Positions 1 to 13,674 of a DNA stretch of 64,000 nt are shown piece after piece; positions within the stretch are counted from its first letter, which is position 1; every line of letters starts with the position of its first letter. The translations under genes and the position numbers were made by a program. This stretch comes from Marsupella aquatica (taxonomy: Eukaryota > Plantae > Marchantiophyta), in assembly GCA_973895155.1 (NCBI GenBank), contig OZ316896.1, positions 16,595,752 to 16,659,751 of the forward strand. Direction: 5' to 3'. The notes beneath the pieces are model-generated. The model saw only the letters and a list, made by a program, of their open reading frames with translations. It was not told where the DNA came from and did not search any database.

Positions 1-89
1 AGTATATGGTTTGTTTTCGTTTACACGCGTTCGTGTATGGTCAATTAAATGATTTGTTGGTTGTGCATACATGGCCGCAACTGGAGCAG

Positions 90-520
90 GTGGTGATTGA
101 CACCTCTGGCGGGTAGGTCTCGGTGTTTGGGCATCAAAAGCATTTGATCAGTTTGCTAGTAATTTCCCAGAAAGCTTGGCTGTCGTAGAAGGGGAGCAAA
201 CGATCTTCTGAAATTTTTGAGGTGGCAAAGTTTTAAGTTGAAGGTAGCATGTCGTATTGTACTCCTAGCCACTACGATGGACCTTTGTTGTTGTTAATGT
301 TGTTTTAAGAACAGCTTGCCCCAATTGCAGATGTGGTGCGAGCTTTGATATTGAGATTGCATCTTCCGCATTTGAGGGTAAGAGTCTACTTGAGCGGCAC
401 CGGGTGGTAAATGCAGCTTTGGCTGAAGAGCTGAAGGAGATTCATGCTCTTTCCATCAGGAAGGCGCTCACACCTGAGCAATGGAAAAATCAGAACACTG
501 AGACAGTTGCTAAAGCATAG
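90..520 (+). CDS. BOLA2: BolA-like protein (BolA2 type), last two exons (90-112, 331-520); 5' end lies before the window
   Basis: GT-AG splice joins VVIDTSGG to CGASFDIEIASSAFEGKSLLERHRVVNAALAEELKEIHALSIRKALTPEQW; FxGKSLLERHR is the BolA motif; TAG at 518-520. Absent from the ORF track. Confidence 0.9.
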
Positions 521-1357
521 AAGGATTGGACCTGTGAGCGGTATGACGTTGCCAACAATTTTGGGTTAATACCCAATGCTGTGAATTTGCTATCTGGGTT
601 CCCAACCATCGCCTACCATCTCTCTTCTTGTCCTTCTCCTGTGGCTGTTTGCTTTGAGATTAAATGCTGTGAGATCTCTCTTATTCCAAGTTCAAGTGTA
701 AGGAAAGGGGACAGATGGTCAAAACGAGTTAACTTCTCGTGGTGACCTTACAGGCTTGTATCAATGTACTTGTCAGGACTTAAATAATAGTATAGTGAAT
801 TGAAACGGTCTCTTCATTTGAAAGGGAGGAGGTGTAATCGGATATCATCACATGCACAAAAATGTGTCCCGACCAAGAAACAGATGCAACAAGCCCATTA
901 CAAAGTACATGCCTGTCATTAATTCTTCCAAACACATCCTCCAAAACTGGATCTTTACAGTAGGTTTGCCTGAAGCTGAGGAAGCTCGGAGGGCTGTAAG
1001 TTTCTAGAGCCTCGCTCAGAAATACAGGAAGAGTGGCCTAGCAGTGTGCCTACCGACTAGTATGTCTGTTCTGGGAACCCTCAACCGAAGATGTGTCGAT
1101 AATTAATTAACAGACCAAGATACAAGTGATGAGCAATGGGCTTCTCTCGGATCATTGGCAAGTAATTTGGATGGGAAGTGTGTGGGAGATGTGTATCGTA
1201 CTATGGTGAAGAATCAGAAGATTGAAACACATTCTTCGAGGAAAAAAAAAGAATTAGAAGATTGTGACGTAGGAACATATGGGCGGTTGCAATTCACCCT
1301 CTCATATCGTCATCGTATTCTAAAATTATCACAATGTCACAACTTTTCATCAAGTTC

Positions 1358-4300
1358 TCATGCTATGCTTTGAAGGCGCACGAGCTTGGCATACTCTCCG
1401 TTCATTGTCATCAGCGTCGAGTGACTTCCCCTCTCCTTTATTTGTCCATTACATATAAAGACTATCAGGTCGGCACATTGGATACTGGCCAGGCGATGGA
1501 CGATCACAATTGTGGTCCGCCTCTCCTCCAGCATAATGTTATCAAGAGCATCTTGAACGACCTTCTCGGACTGAGTGTCAAGGTTGCTAGTCGCTTCATC
1601 CAAAAGAAAAATCTTGGGATTCCGAATGACCGCCCTGGCAATCGCCACTCTCTGCTTCTGACCTCTTGATAACTGGATCAGCTGCTCTCCTACTACTGTA
1701 TCGTATCCGTCGGGAAGGCCACTGATAAACCCATGAGCATTAGCTTTCCTCGCAGCTTCAACCACCTCGGTCTCTGTTGAATGTTCTTCCCCGCACCGAA
1801 TGTTCTCTCGGATGGACAGTGTGAACAAGACAGGCTCCTGTTGTACAAGGCTCATGTGCTTCCTGAGCCATTTCAGATTGAGGGTTTGGATGTCAAAGCC
1901 ATCAAGGAGCACAGTACCAGAGGTTGGATTATAGAACCTTTCCACTAAACTTATAATTGTGGATTTCCCACATCCACTAGGTCCCACCAGTGCTACAGTT
2001 TGTCCTTGAGGTATGCTCAGATTGAAATCACTCACGACAACTGCAGTGGGTCTGGTTGGATAGCAAAATGTCACATGCTCAAGCTCTATCTTTCCAGCAA
2101 TTTCTGCTAGTTTTAGCCCATCAGAAGGGTCAGCATCGATTTCAGTCTTGCGATTTGAAATTTTCAGGAGAGAAACCATTGCCCCAACTCCCCTGTGAAT
2201 GACTGGGAAGTGAGTCATGTTTCCAGCAAGAAGAAAACCGATCCATGCTAGTAACTGATAGACTTTGAATGCCGACCCAAAGTCTGCCTGATGTCTTTTA
2301 AACTCAAGTGCCATGTACCATATGCATAGAGCATTGGCTGCATGGATTCCAGCTTGAGAAATCCCACATAGCAAACCACATTTGTGAGCACGCCATGCAA
2401 TTTGATTTAGGGGGACTTCAAGATTTAGTCTAAAGCGGTTGACTGTATCTTGCTCCAAGCAGAACGCTGCCACTGTGTGGATGCTGAGGACCGCTTCAGC
2501 AGCCAATTGAGTCGCTATTTCATATGATCTTTCGACGTCCCCAGCAAACCCTTTCTTGAAAAACCGACTCTGCAAAAATGTCCGAGTTTCTTTTGTCAGA
2601 CATTCGTAAAACAATCCCTCAGCAGCAGGATTAAAAAGTTCTGTGTAGATGTCCAGTCACCTATTGCTTCAAAGTACTTTCCCCATCATCACCCCACCAG
2701 TGCTCCAAATCCGATTTTTGCAGCATATATGGACATGGAACATGGTTGGGACCAATAAGATTTCTTCGCGCTCCCAGAGTAGGTCGCATAGGGATGAGCC
2801 CTTATTAGCTCAAAACAGCAAACAAATTTTCGATGGAAGCAATCTGAAAAACAGGGATTCTCGCAAGATGCATGCTACATTTTACATTCTAGTGGACTTA
2901 AAAATAATCTCTTGAAGGAGAATCTTTGAGTGGAAGACCAAACCCTCAACACGTTGTACCATTCAAATAGAATCTGCAGATCTGATTATAAGGTTTGGGG
3001 CTGCATCTGGCTTCGTTAGGTAGGAATCTAAATTGATTGGTTGGACATGCAAAATTCTAAGCCAGAGCACTGAATGAAGAACTACATTGAGATTACCTTG
3101 CAGTAGCCCCCAATCGCTGTAAATGGAATGAGGATTGTTGTCACTGCAGCTAATTTCCATTGGATTTTGAATGCCATTGCGATAGCCACGCCAAGAGTAG
3201 CAAAACTCTGAATGCAAATGTGGATCCTGTCGCCGATTGCAACTTTCACCTTCGTTCCGCAAGATGCGATTGTATTGGTCAATGCAGAGTTGCTGTGTTC
3301 GTCTAAGTCGAACCATCCAACTTCGTTCCTCATAACAGCTGCAACAACCATAAAGTGAACAAATTGAATTTCCAAATTGGTAGGAATCACCCGCAACCTG
3401 TAGTCCCTGCTAGAGTCAAGAACTTGCAAAAGAAGTGCAGAGGGTTCGCACGAAATACATGAGTGACGTTGACCAGTTTCACCAACTTGCATGTTCGATT
3501 ACCTGTGAAGGCCTTCTTGCAAAGAACGTTGGACGTATTTTCACCAGCTTTGCTATAGAAGAAGTGCTGAATTATATTGCAGCTAATGTTCAGGACTCCT
3601 AGCCCAGCAATTACAATGCACCACCGGTTTATTTTGTATATTGTCTTCTCCTGCTGTTTATGAGGCCTATAGAAGAGCTCGATTGCATCAGTCAGATAGA
3701 GCATGAAGAGTGGGGTCAAGCAGCCTGTGATTACGGCTGCTAAGCTTCCCAGAAATATCGAGAACCATTCAGGGGCCGCGAGCTGGCACATGCTCCAATA
3801 GCTTAAGTTTGGAGATTCTTTCATACCATCCGGTTCTTCCTCTAGAAGGTAATCAGCGGCCGCCTTGCTATTTTCACGTGAGAAATGTGGAGTCTGCATG
3901 AAAGATTGTCCGCATCAGAAAACCAACAGAAAAGAATTCCGATCAGGCCGTCAGCTGCAAGAGATTCAAGAACTCAAATAAACAATTCTTGAAGTTTAAT
4001 GTTAAGTAGGACATGGATTACCGACAAGAAATCAGCCTCATCGAAACTAAGACCGACGTTCAACCAATGGAACAGAATCAACCTTCGTCACACTTGCAAA
4101 GTAAAACATTTAATGCAAGCCTGATAATCGAGCAGAAATTAGTGCATTTTCTGCTACAAACAACCAGTCATTTTGATAGCTGCCAGTCATAGGGTAGCTG
4201 AACCTTCACATTTCGGAAATCAGCTTGAATTGAATTTGAAGGGCCATACAGGGAGAAAGGCCGGGCTAATCGGAGAAGGAGGCAGCTCGATGAAAAATGG

Positions 4301-7300
4301 AGATGTTGGGTATGAATTGATTTGCGAATCCAGTGTCGTATTGGGTGTCGATGGTGTCGTAGGAGATTGTAGTAGGCTCGCAAGTGGTGAAGTCGCTCCT
4401 GAGTAAAATGAACTTCGAGGTGGACTGCCCGGAAGAGAATTTGATATAATAGTGGCCTTGCTTGCCATTACACTGCATAAAGTGAATCCATTTTTCTGCT
4501 CAGTGAAAATCGTAGAATTGGGTTTCGATGAGAAATCGTGGCAATTGATTGAATCCATTGTTCACCAGGAACTAGTCTAAAATCTTCTTTGGATGCGGAG
4601 GCCATCCTGGGTCTTAAGGAATCCTCAGAGCTCCATTGTTGATTTTACTCTTCTTTAAGTCGCCAACGTCTCTTCAATCAACCGCATTCATTAAAAATGT
4701 CAGTTCAATGGACTGGTTATATTTATAAGGAATTGTGTACATTGTCTGATATTTTCTCCATAATTCCATCCTTCGCTATCTTTCACGGTCCAAATTAAGA
4801 TGTAACACATTTATCTCCGAGATAAGCAGTTTCATGTTCTTATGATCGAACAAATTTACATTCTCCACCTAGAAACGGGCCTAGAAAAGAACGTACCTGC
4901 CTTCCAGACCATCCCATCTGGCCTGTCTAGTTTGTTGAAGGCGCACAAAAGAAGCATACACACTGAGATCACCTTGATCAAGCAGCTGAGCATGAGATCC
5001 CCTTTCGACCACTCTTCCGTGATCCAGAACAACTATGACATCTGCATTCTGCACAGTTGAGAGCCGACGAGCCACCATGACTGTGGTGCAGCCCTGCACG
5101 GCAGAATGTAGTGAATGAAGAGTAGTCCGTTCTGATTGAGCGTCCAGGTCACTGGTGGCCTCGTCAAGAAGAAATATTGCTGGTTTCCTTAAAATTGCTC
5201 TCGTTATTGCCAACTGTTGCTTCTGCCCTCTAGAGAGCTGAATTCCTGTTTCTCCTACCTGCATTGCATGTGCCATACAGATTAAATGACCACGCCCATC
5301 GTGTTTCGTGTACTACGAAAGTCTAACCTCAAATCGAGGAAAACCTCATTGCCTCACAGAGGAAAGGAATAGTGTACGGAAATCTGAAGTATCACAGTTC
5401 TACAACCAAGGGAACGCCATGCACAATCAGAATTCACATGCTTTAAATAATGCCAAGGACTATTAGTCATTAGCTAAGTACAGTCATATTTGAGGTTCTT
5501 AAAATGTGCCGTATTTACATGCTTGAAAAAGGTATGAAGAGGGAGCCATTATTTCAGACCAAAGTTTCATAGCCATTCGGCAGGTTGCAGATAAAAGAGT
5601 GAATATCTGCATCCTTGGCAGCAGCTTCAATATCAGCTTCAGATGCATCCAGCTTTCCAAGAAGAATGTTGTGACGCACAGTCCCAGAAAACAGTACCGG
5701 CTCCTGACTCACGAAACCTATTTGCAGCCTAAACCAATTTAGGTGCAGCTCTTCAATATTCTTCCCATCCAGAGTCACTTCTCCTGCACCAAAGCAGCCG
5801 ATCTTTCTTCAGGTTCTTGCGAAAGGACTACTTCACTGTAATTCATATTTCTTCAGGTTCTTACGAAAAGACTTCAGCACTTTCAAGAAACAATCACTGT
5901 TATTCATACTTCACCCGACGCATTCTCAACAGTGTATACTAGGCAAACAAGATGATAGCGCAGCCATGTCCCTAGATAACACGAATTACAGAAAATATAA
6001 AAATTACAATCCACGGATATCCAGTCAGGCTGGAGAGCAGAAATTAGTGAAAGAGAAATACAAGAGCTTAGGTGCAGTACCAGAATTTACACTGTAGAAC
6101 CGTTGAATGAGCATCAGCAAAGAACTTTTTCCAGAACCACTGCTTCCCATCAGAGCTACCGTTTCACCCCCATGGATGGTGAAGGAAAGTCCCGAGAACA
6201 TGGGAATACCTGGGCAAGAAGGGTACGTAAAATTCACATTGTGAAATTCAATTTCACCTCTTACAGTTGCCAAAATTTCTCCACTTCGATTAATAGGATC
6301 TCTTTGGCGATTTATGACTTCAAAAATTTTGAAAGCAGCGGCTCTTCCTTGCCCAAACACTCTAAGGTCTGGAAATACTCGGCTCAATGCCCTGTACCAT
6401 GAATCACAGCTTAAAGTCAGAGAGAAAAATAGCAATCCCGGGCTTACATTCAGCTCAATAATTGAAATTTATTGATTCTGCACATGGCTGAAGAGCCTTT
6501 AATGATGATTTTTTGGATACATTCGTGGTCGGGATTTGAGGGAAAGGGTATGACTGGACAACTATAATGCAGGTATGCAATGCTACTAACTGCAATTTGC
6601 ATACAATGTGGCGTGCCACTTAGTTAAATGCTGATACTTACATGCCCGCAACCATAATGTTGAACACGGCTGCCAGCAGTGCTCCGCCATCTACTTTTTC
6701 TGTCCGTAACAGCAAGCCTCCATACCACAGCCCCAATGCCCATGATAAATTCATGATTCCAAGAGAAAATCCCTTTCCCACACCTCTGGCCAAACCACCA
6801 CGGATCCCCAAATCAGCTGTAGCCTGAAACGCCTTCGAGAAAGCACCAATTACCCGAGACTCCGCGGCAAGAGAATAGACAGTTCGTATATGAGAGATTG
6901 CCTGTTCATGCATGAAGAACAGAATCCTCAGTTGACAACCAATAGTTCACGTGTGCTCGTTTTATTTTGAAGATCCCGTTGGTAATCGTATGGGAACTAC
7001 TTGACGTCATCTGATAAACGTTGGCCACCGACACAAGAGGAAAAATTCCCTTGCGCTGGATTACTTGTATGCCTTACAATTTCTCTTAAAATATCATTAA
7101 CAAAAGTCGTCTGGACCATGACAGTATTTGCGTCACTCAGAATCAATACGACTTAGGAGCTTAGTCAAGCACAGCTTTGCTTTGATAAAATGTTTGGGAG
7201 TCCAATTGATCGATTATATAGGAAAGTCTGTCAATTCTAAACTAAGATTTATTTGTTGGTCAAGGCTTTGCCTCAATTCAATTATAAAATCAATACGTAT

Positions 7301-9494
7301 TGCCATGATGATCTGTCCCATTCAGAAATCCAACTAGGCAAGGCAGCTCTGAAAAACTTTAGAGATAGCCACAAATAAGTGCCCACGTTTCGTTTTGTCA
7401 AATTCATGCTTCTCAGTCTCTCGCTTAGTCTACCTAAACTTTCCCTTGAAGCCGGCTTTCTAAGGACGAGGTGCCACAGTACCTCTTCTGCGATGGAGCC
7501 AGATTTGACAGTGGAGGCCTGAGCTCTAGTTAGAAATCTTGTACGGATCCTTCCGCATTGGACAGCTATCCCCGAAAGAAGAGGCACGGTGCAACATGTA
7601 AGCAATGCCACCTGCCAGGTTTCCAGAAAAGCCACCAGAATGCCCACAACAAAAATTGTGATCTTGAAAATGAAACCACCAACCTGCGCCATACCCAGTT
7701 TAGTCACACAATCAGCTTTCGTATATTGTTGCAAGCTGTAATCTTGTGATAAACTTTGAGTCAGAGCGAAGGAATCTAATGGGTCTTCTAAAACTGAAAC
7801 AAATTCATTGTCTAAATTGTCTATCTCGTCGGGCATCTCACTCAATACAGCTTTAGTCTCGCACTCGTCAGGCACGTACAGACTAGATTGAGACACGCAA
7901 TTAGTTGGATTACGTTAGTATTGCCTCTTGAATCACTTTCATTTGTCAAGTCAGTATTGTATGTACAATAATTTACTCCGTGATTTTTGAAGAGCTTTCA
8001 AAACCTTTATGAACGAGATCACCTTAAATGTGTGCAGCTGCATTTGTCTCTGCTGATATTCACAAAGAAAAGCTGCATATAAATTAGGAATGTCGATGAG
8101 CACCCGTGGAGCAAATGTGAGCAGGATTGAGTGAGAACGTTACCTTTTCAGCAATAGCCCCGTGAATGAGTAACATGTCTCCGGAGAGTTTGTCAATAAT
8201 CTCGTCAGGACTGATTTCCGTGTCGAAGAAGGCTATCTTTTGGGAAAGTAGGGCTTTCAAATAGCGTGTTCTAATTTGCACTGCTTGCCGTTCTCCAGCG
8301 TACATCCAACAACCTACTTCTGCTTGACCCATCCAAGTACAGCCATGATCACTACTATTTCGCACTTTCAGCTTTGCAGATTCTGAGACCACACAGATTT
8401 AAATAGGAATTGTACTTAGTGAAACTTGAAGCTTCTGTCACATCTTAATTACCCAATAGCAATCTGACTGCGGGGTGTGCTCTGTTCTTCTCAAATTCTG
8501 TTTACATTCCCGAGAAGAACAGAAATAGAATTGAGAATGGAAACAGGTTTGTGAACGGTCTCGATGAAAATGTTGTCCTAGCAAAGTACTGCCAGAAGTA
8601 ATTAATGCGTTAGGAGTCAAACTTCTGCGCGCTAGAAAATCTTCAAAGATATCGTATAAAACAGCTTACCTAGCCAGCTTATGAAGATTGATGCGATCGC
8701 TATGTGCACGAGAATCAATGAAATCTGTAATGATTGAAACACGAGAAATTTCTTTAATGCTAGCTGCTAAATAGACCTCGAGAAGTGAAAACTAGTAACA
8801 TCAAAGTCTATCTTCGGAGATACATACAGTCAAGTATCAGATATGAAGATTCGAAGCTTCTCAGCGCTTCAAGCGCGAACAACTTTCATTAGAGTGGCAT
8901 AATTAATGCGAGACATTCAGTACCGTTCAACGATCATGGACTTTGAGCCAGATATTGGCCGGGAGTATTGAACAGGTGATTAAGATATAAAATGCAAAGT
9001 ACCTGAGAGATTTTCTGGTATGCAAGATCCCTCTTGGATTGGTCAGTGCCTAGAGCATGTACTACACGACCTAGAAGAGAGACGATGACGGGAAGGATTG
9101 CTCCGTCTGCCACAGCAGCTAATGCACCGACTGCCATGAGTGTGTAATCCAAGGGGGTCGCAAACGAAAACAATTTTCGATATGGTACCATGGGGGGTGG
9201 CTTTGTTGCGGTCGACAAAGCTCTAATGTGAGACTCTTGTGCTTCCAACCTATCGTCGACACCATCTGTATCAGTCATCTTTGAATTTCTGTGCTGCTGT
9301 TCTCCACTGTCATAACTTCCTCTCCTAGTTGTCGTCTTTGAATTTCTGTGCTGCTGTTCTCCACTGTCATAACTTCCTCTCCTAGTTCCCATCCTATCAG
9401 GACCACAATGTCCACTCACTTTTGAGAAAGCGGAGCTCCCGGTTCTGAAGCTATCTTTGTAAGAGCTCGAGGGCTCAGTAGTTCCTTCCATCAT
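1358..9494 (-). CDS. ABCB: Full-size ABCB (MDR/P-glycoprotein) transporter, TMD-NBD-TMD-NBD, 12 exons: 9494-9003, 8724-8670, 8319-8144, 7683-7483, 6901-6642, 6391-6081, 5783-5560, 5258-4897, 4472-4250, 3893-3503, 3338-3097, 2569-1358
   Basis: VPYRKLFSFATPLDYTLMAVG, CWMYAGERQAVQIRTRYLKALL, Walker A GSSGSGKS and GPSGCGKS, Q-loops SQEPVLF and QQEPVLF, Walker B FLLDEAT twice; all introns GT-AG with compatible phases. Confidence 0.93.
9278..9387 (-). repeat. In-frame 57-bp tandem duplication in ABCB exon 1 (TRRGSYDSGEQQHRNSK x2)
   Basis: Two identical copies starting at 9278 and 9335. Confidence 0.95.
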
Positions 9495-10227
9495 TGCAGA
9501 CGCTCCGTTTCAATCAAACCGAACATTCAATCGACGCCAGAACGGCTGCACAATGTGCATGTCAATGGGTCCAAATAACGCGAACCAATCGTTGGCCAAA
9601 AATCCTTTCCCGCCCGGATGGATAGAATGCAATACGTCAAGAAAACTAACTAAAACCGGAAGTATTCCCAGATATCATATCAATTGAAGAGAAATCTGGT
9701 AGTTTAAAACCGGATTTCTCGTCTTGGAACTGAGGATGGAAGCTAGGCTATTGCCACCTCTATCAGGACGAAGGAACACAAATTTGTCCATAGGAGATTG
9801 AATGATCGACATCTCGTGGATGTACATGATTGTTTCGACTGTACTGTGGGATTCGTAGGTTCAGTGAGGCCTTGCATGCTCACACAGAGAGCAGCTCGCC
9901 AGCTCCACTCACACGGTCTGGCATGGAAGGCATTGGAATTATCACCTGCTCTAAAGGATCGACAGTGATTCTTTGCCGAGTATCGGCATTGCCACACTGT
10001 TCAAAAGCTTTATAGACGGACAGTACATTCAGCCTTTTCTCTGCAGTACTGACTGTCCTCAGAGTTTGACGGCTCTAAAGGTGGGTCCATCAATAGTACC
10101 TGAACAGACATAAAGCGAACGATCGTATACCCATGTCATTCATTCAGTCCGCAAGACTTTTTAGCTATCTAGAGTCAGTGGCTGGTCAGACACGTACTCA
10201 TGATACTCTATTTTATAAAGCACGGCA

Positions 10228-10367
10228 GTGCTCAGCTTCAACCTGCTTCAATGTCTGCCGAAGAATACGAACCATGGACGTACATATGTGCAGTGCCGTG
10301 CTCAGCTCCAACCTGCTTCAATGTCTGGCGAAGAATACGAACCATGGGCGTACATATGTTCAGTGAC
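10228..10367. repeat. 70-bp tandem duplication upstream of ABCB
   Basis: gtgctcagct(t/c)caacctgcttcaatgtctg...gtacatatgt..agtg at 10228 and 10298 with few mismatches. Confidence 0.9.
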
Positions 10368-11429
10368 GTATTCATGGTCTGGTGATAGATTAGTCAAATC
10401 AAATTCACTGTTGATCGAGGTCTCTCCTCATATCCTCTACAGTCATGGCCCTGGTGTGCTCACGAGGCATTTATTATTGACGATGAAACCTGACTGTAGT
10501 CAAGCTGAATAGTTGACTCTGTGTCGAGCTCTGTGTATCAAGCAAAGTTGTACTAGAACATTCAATCAAATCAAATCCTACAACATCCATGGATGAGAGG
10601 ATAGCTGCGAGGGGGATCACTTCTAAACTTTTAACGTCATTGAGAATGAAAGAAGGGTGGGTATTGTTTGTTTTAGGGAAATATTTAGAAGTAGCAAGGG
10701 GAGGAAATAAAGAAATGGATAACCATTCAAAAAGTGCCACATGTGATCACATGATTCATATCTACCATTTGCCACCATTTACCAATAAATGATTGGTGGT
10801 TTTTGGTCGCTTTCATTTCCCTTGAAAGGGGGTGGTTTAATAGGGGACAGGTAGTACAAAAAATTCAGTAGATGAGCATACTGAGGATGGCTGGCTGATC
10901 CCTTGAATATTCAATCACACAGATATGTTGCAATTACCTAATACTAGCTTGAGAATTTGCTAGTATGCACAAGAAATGCTCCCCTTACCCAGATTCCCAT
11001 GCCCATCCTTAAGTCTCACAAACATAGTCTAAATATTAAATTAGAGCCTAGATAAGTTAGAGCCTATGGCTTTAGTGTGTGGAGTAGGTCATGAAGTGTC
11101 TTTGAGTACTAGCTTCAAACTTTTGGAGGACCCTCCAACAACTCAACTAGGGATGTGAAAAGGGTTAGCAAAATGTCTATAGTGAATGCCTGGACCTAAA
11201 CACAGGTCTGGCCAAAAAGTAAGCCTAAACTTTAACCAGGTTGCAAAGTTTACAGTCTACGGAAAGGGATCAAATCTGCCTCACTCTCAATCCCCCTCTC
11301 AATGTTTGAGGAGAATACGGATGAATAATTTACTGTAAGTTTATTGAGTAACACTAATTCAAACACAAAATTAGTATTGGTAACACTAATTCATGAGTAG
11401 GGCCCAGAGGTGTTATTCATCAGAATTAG

Positions 11430-11705
11430 TGAGAGTAACATCGTGGAGGTGACAGTGTAAGTGGTATAATATGCATTGGCCAACATGGTGACTTCTGTAG
11501 CTTACGGTGCTGTGAGTAACATTAGTGGAGGTGAAAAGTGTAAGTGGTAAAATATGAATTGGCCACCATGGTGATTACTCTAGCTCGTGGTTTTATGAGT
11601 ATCACTAATAATGGAGGTGAACAGTCCAAAAGTGGTAAAAAATGAAATGGGCAATATAGTGACTAGCCTGCGGTGGTCAGTGTAAGAGGTAAAACCTGCA
11701 ATGTC
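11430..11705. repeat. Degenerate minisatellite, about 85-bp unit, 3 or more copies
   Basis: Recurring gagtaacat..gtggaggtga..agtgtaagtggta..atatg..ttggcca.catggtga. Confidence 0.75.
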
Positions 11706-12335
11706 CAGTCAGGATAGGCATGGCTTTGTAGTACTTCACTGGAGTGAAGATGGAGTGAAGATTGATAAGTATTGGGTTCAAATATTGTGACCTACTCTTC
11801 CTTTTCTGTGGGGTCTCAAAGATGTCACATAATTAAATAAATGGAAAAAAAGAGGTGGGGATGGCCAATATATTGTTTAACTTAAGGTGGTCAAAACACA
11901 ATTACAAAGGACACAGCACTGGGTAGGGTGAGAGTTTCTGGCGGACACCCCTAGATAGTGTACCGGGCTGGCGGGCCGTATAAAGCAAGCTGCACTAAGT
12001 GTGGACGTGGCGCTCGAGGGACTTGCTGGAGGTCAGGCTCTGTATCCGAGCCGTGGAAATGGCGGAGAGCCTACAGCGATGGACAGCCTAAAAGGAATGG
12101 ACCGCAGTAGTGGAGAAAGCTATGTTTTGGAAAACGTCGGCAGTCTGGATCGATCCCTAGACCTGGCAAGCTACGGGTTTAATTAGAATTATTTATATGG
12201 TCGTTTAATTACTCAAGAAAAACCAATGAGCATTTTCATCGAGGATTTCGGATACATCGTTCGTAACGTAGTCTGATCTTCCAATGTCTGATTTGTCAGC
12301 TCGAACGCAGCATAAACAAGAATGGCAAGAGCTAA

Positions 12336-13674
12336 ATGAGATTTCAGCACGCATCCACGGGAAGTGATCGTTGTCGATATTGTTGTGTGTCGGTGGTGAC
12401 ATTATCGTTGATGCTGGCCGCGTCCAGTGGTCGTGTCAAAGGTGGCAGCAGCGATCGCGAGTTCATATTCAGTCGTCGTGGAGGCTTGCAGCCAGGTGGA
12501 CTGGAAGAAATCTTTCGGTCGGATGGCGGATCCATGGAGATTTGGAGCTCTAATACCAGTGTGCGACAGACTCTTGGCGGTGTTTTGTTAATTAACGCGC
12601 TTGACTCTGTCACTTCGGGGTTTGGCACTTCCCAAATACGGGCCCAAATATTGCAACGGTGGACTTGATTGTAATTGAAGCATCATTCACGTACTATCCT
12701 TCAATGTAATTGAAGCATCATTCACGTACTGGAGAAGCACGTACTGGAGAAGCAATGACATTCGGAGAAAGGATTATTCCGATAGGCTCATTGCGAACGA
12801 CTTGAATTCTTTGCAATTACACTGAGTCCAGTACGTCCAGAAGATCGGCAGAAGCTCGAAATTTTAGTGGCAAGATAGTTAGCAAGCACATTCGAGTCAT
12901 CATCGATCACAGAGAACGAAAAGAACCAAAACGGTACGTATCAAATTAAAGAATAACGAGCACAGTTCGATATCTTCTAGGTTTATATTGCAGCCGTCCT
13001 GCGTTCACATGTCAATAGTAATATGTTCAGAACTAGCTTCGCCCGGCCATCCCCTTTGCAACGATTGCTCGAGTCCTTAATAATTCCATCATAATGATCA
13101 AAATGTAGCTCGTTCATGCATATATATATGGCCAGCCGCCACTTTTGCAAGAAGTTCCAAATGATTTTCAGGGTCAGGCATGGCCGGACACCATTAGGTG
13201 AACTCCATGAAAGAAACAAAACTGAAACGAAATTCAAGTTTCGAAGCAACTGGTTTCCCCGCTCGTACCATTGACGGGTATGCAATAATTGGATAGAGCT
13301 TACATTCAAGAAAGTGCCTGTCATTTTTGGTGTGCAGGAACAGCAAATGTTGGACTAGCATACATACCCATGGAAGCCATCTGTCCGCGAACGGAGTGTT
13401 AAGAAGGGCGATGTTATAGAAATCCCACGAGGCGTCGCCCATTGGTTGTACAACGGTGGTAACGAACAGTGTGTCGAGTGTGGCCTCGCTGACACTGCGA
13501 GTGGAATGATGACAGGCGATCATCCTGTAATTAAATTCTTTCACTGCAACAAAACAGAGTCAGCCCAATGTTTCTTGCAGTAGCCTCGATTTGTTCGATG
13601 CTCAAGGACACCAGCAAGAGTTCCCCATCTTACGAGAAATGCTTCTTACAGCCGTGCGCCTGACACTTGACTCG
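12336..13674 (+). pseudogene. Decayed paralog of the neighbouring legumin-like cupin gene
   Basis: Three colinear fragments: GLQPGGLEEIFRSDGGSMEIWS (vs GLELSGPEEIFRSEGGRLEVWS); GTANVGLAY/PWKPSVRERSVKKGDVIEIPRGVAHWLYNGG at ~13337-13500, with a 4-bp ATAC duplication frameshift (vs YPWEESVHVRTVKQGDVFAVPRGIGHWCYNDG); FPILREMLLTAVRLTLDS at 13621-13674 (vs FPILSEIKLSAIRVRLER), ending at the same donor position. Confidence 0.85.
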
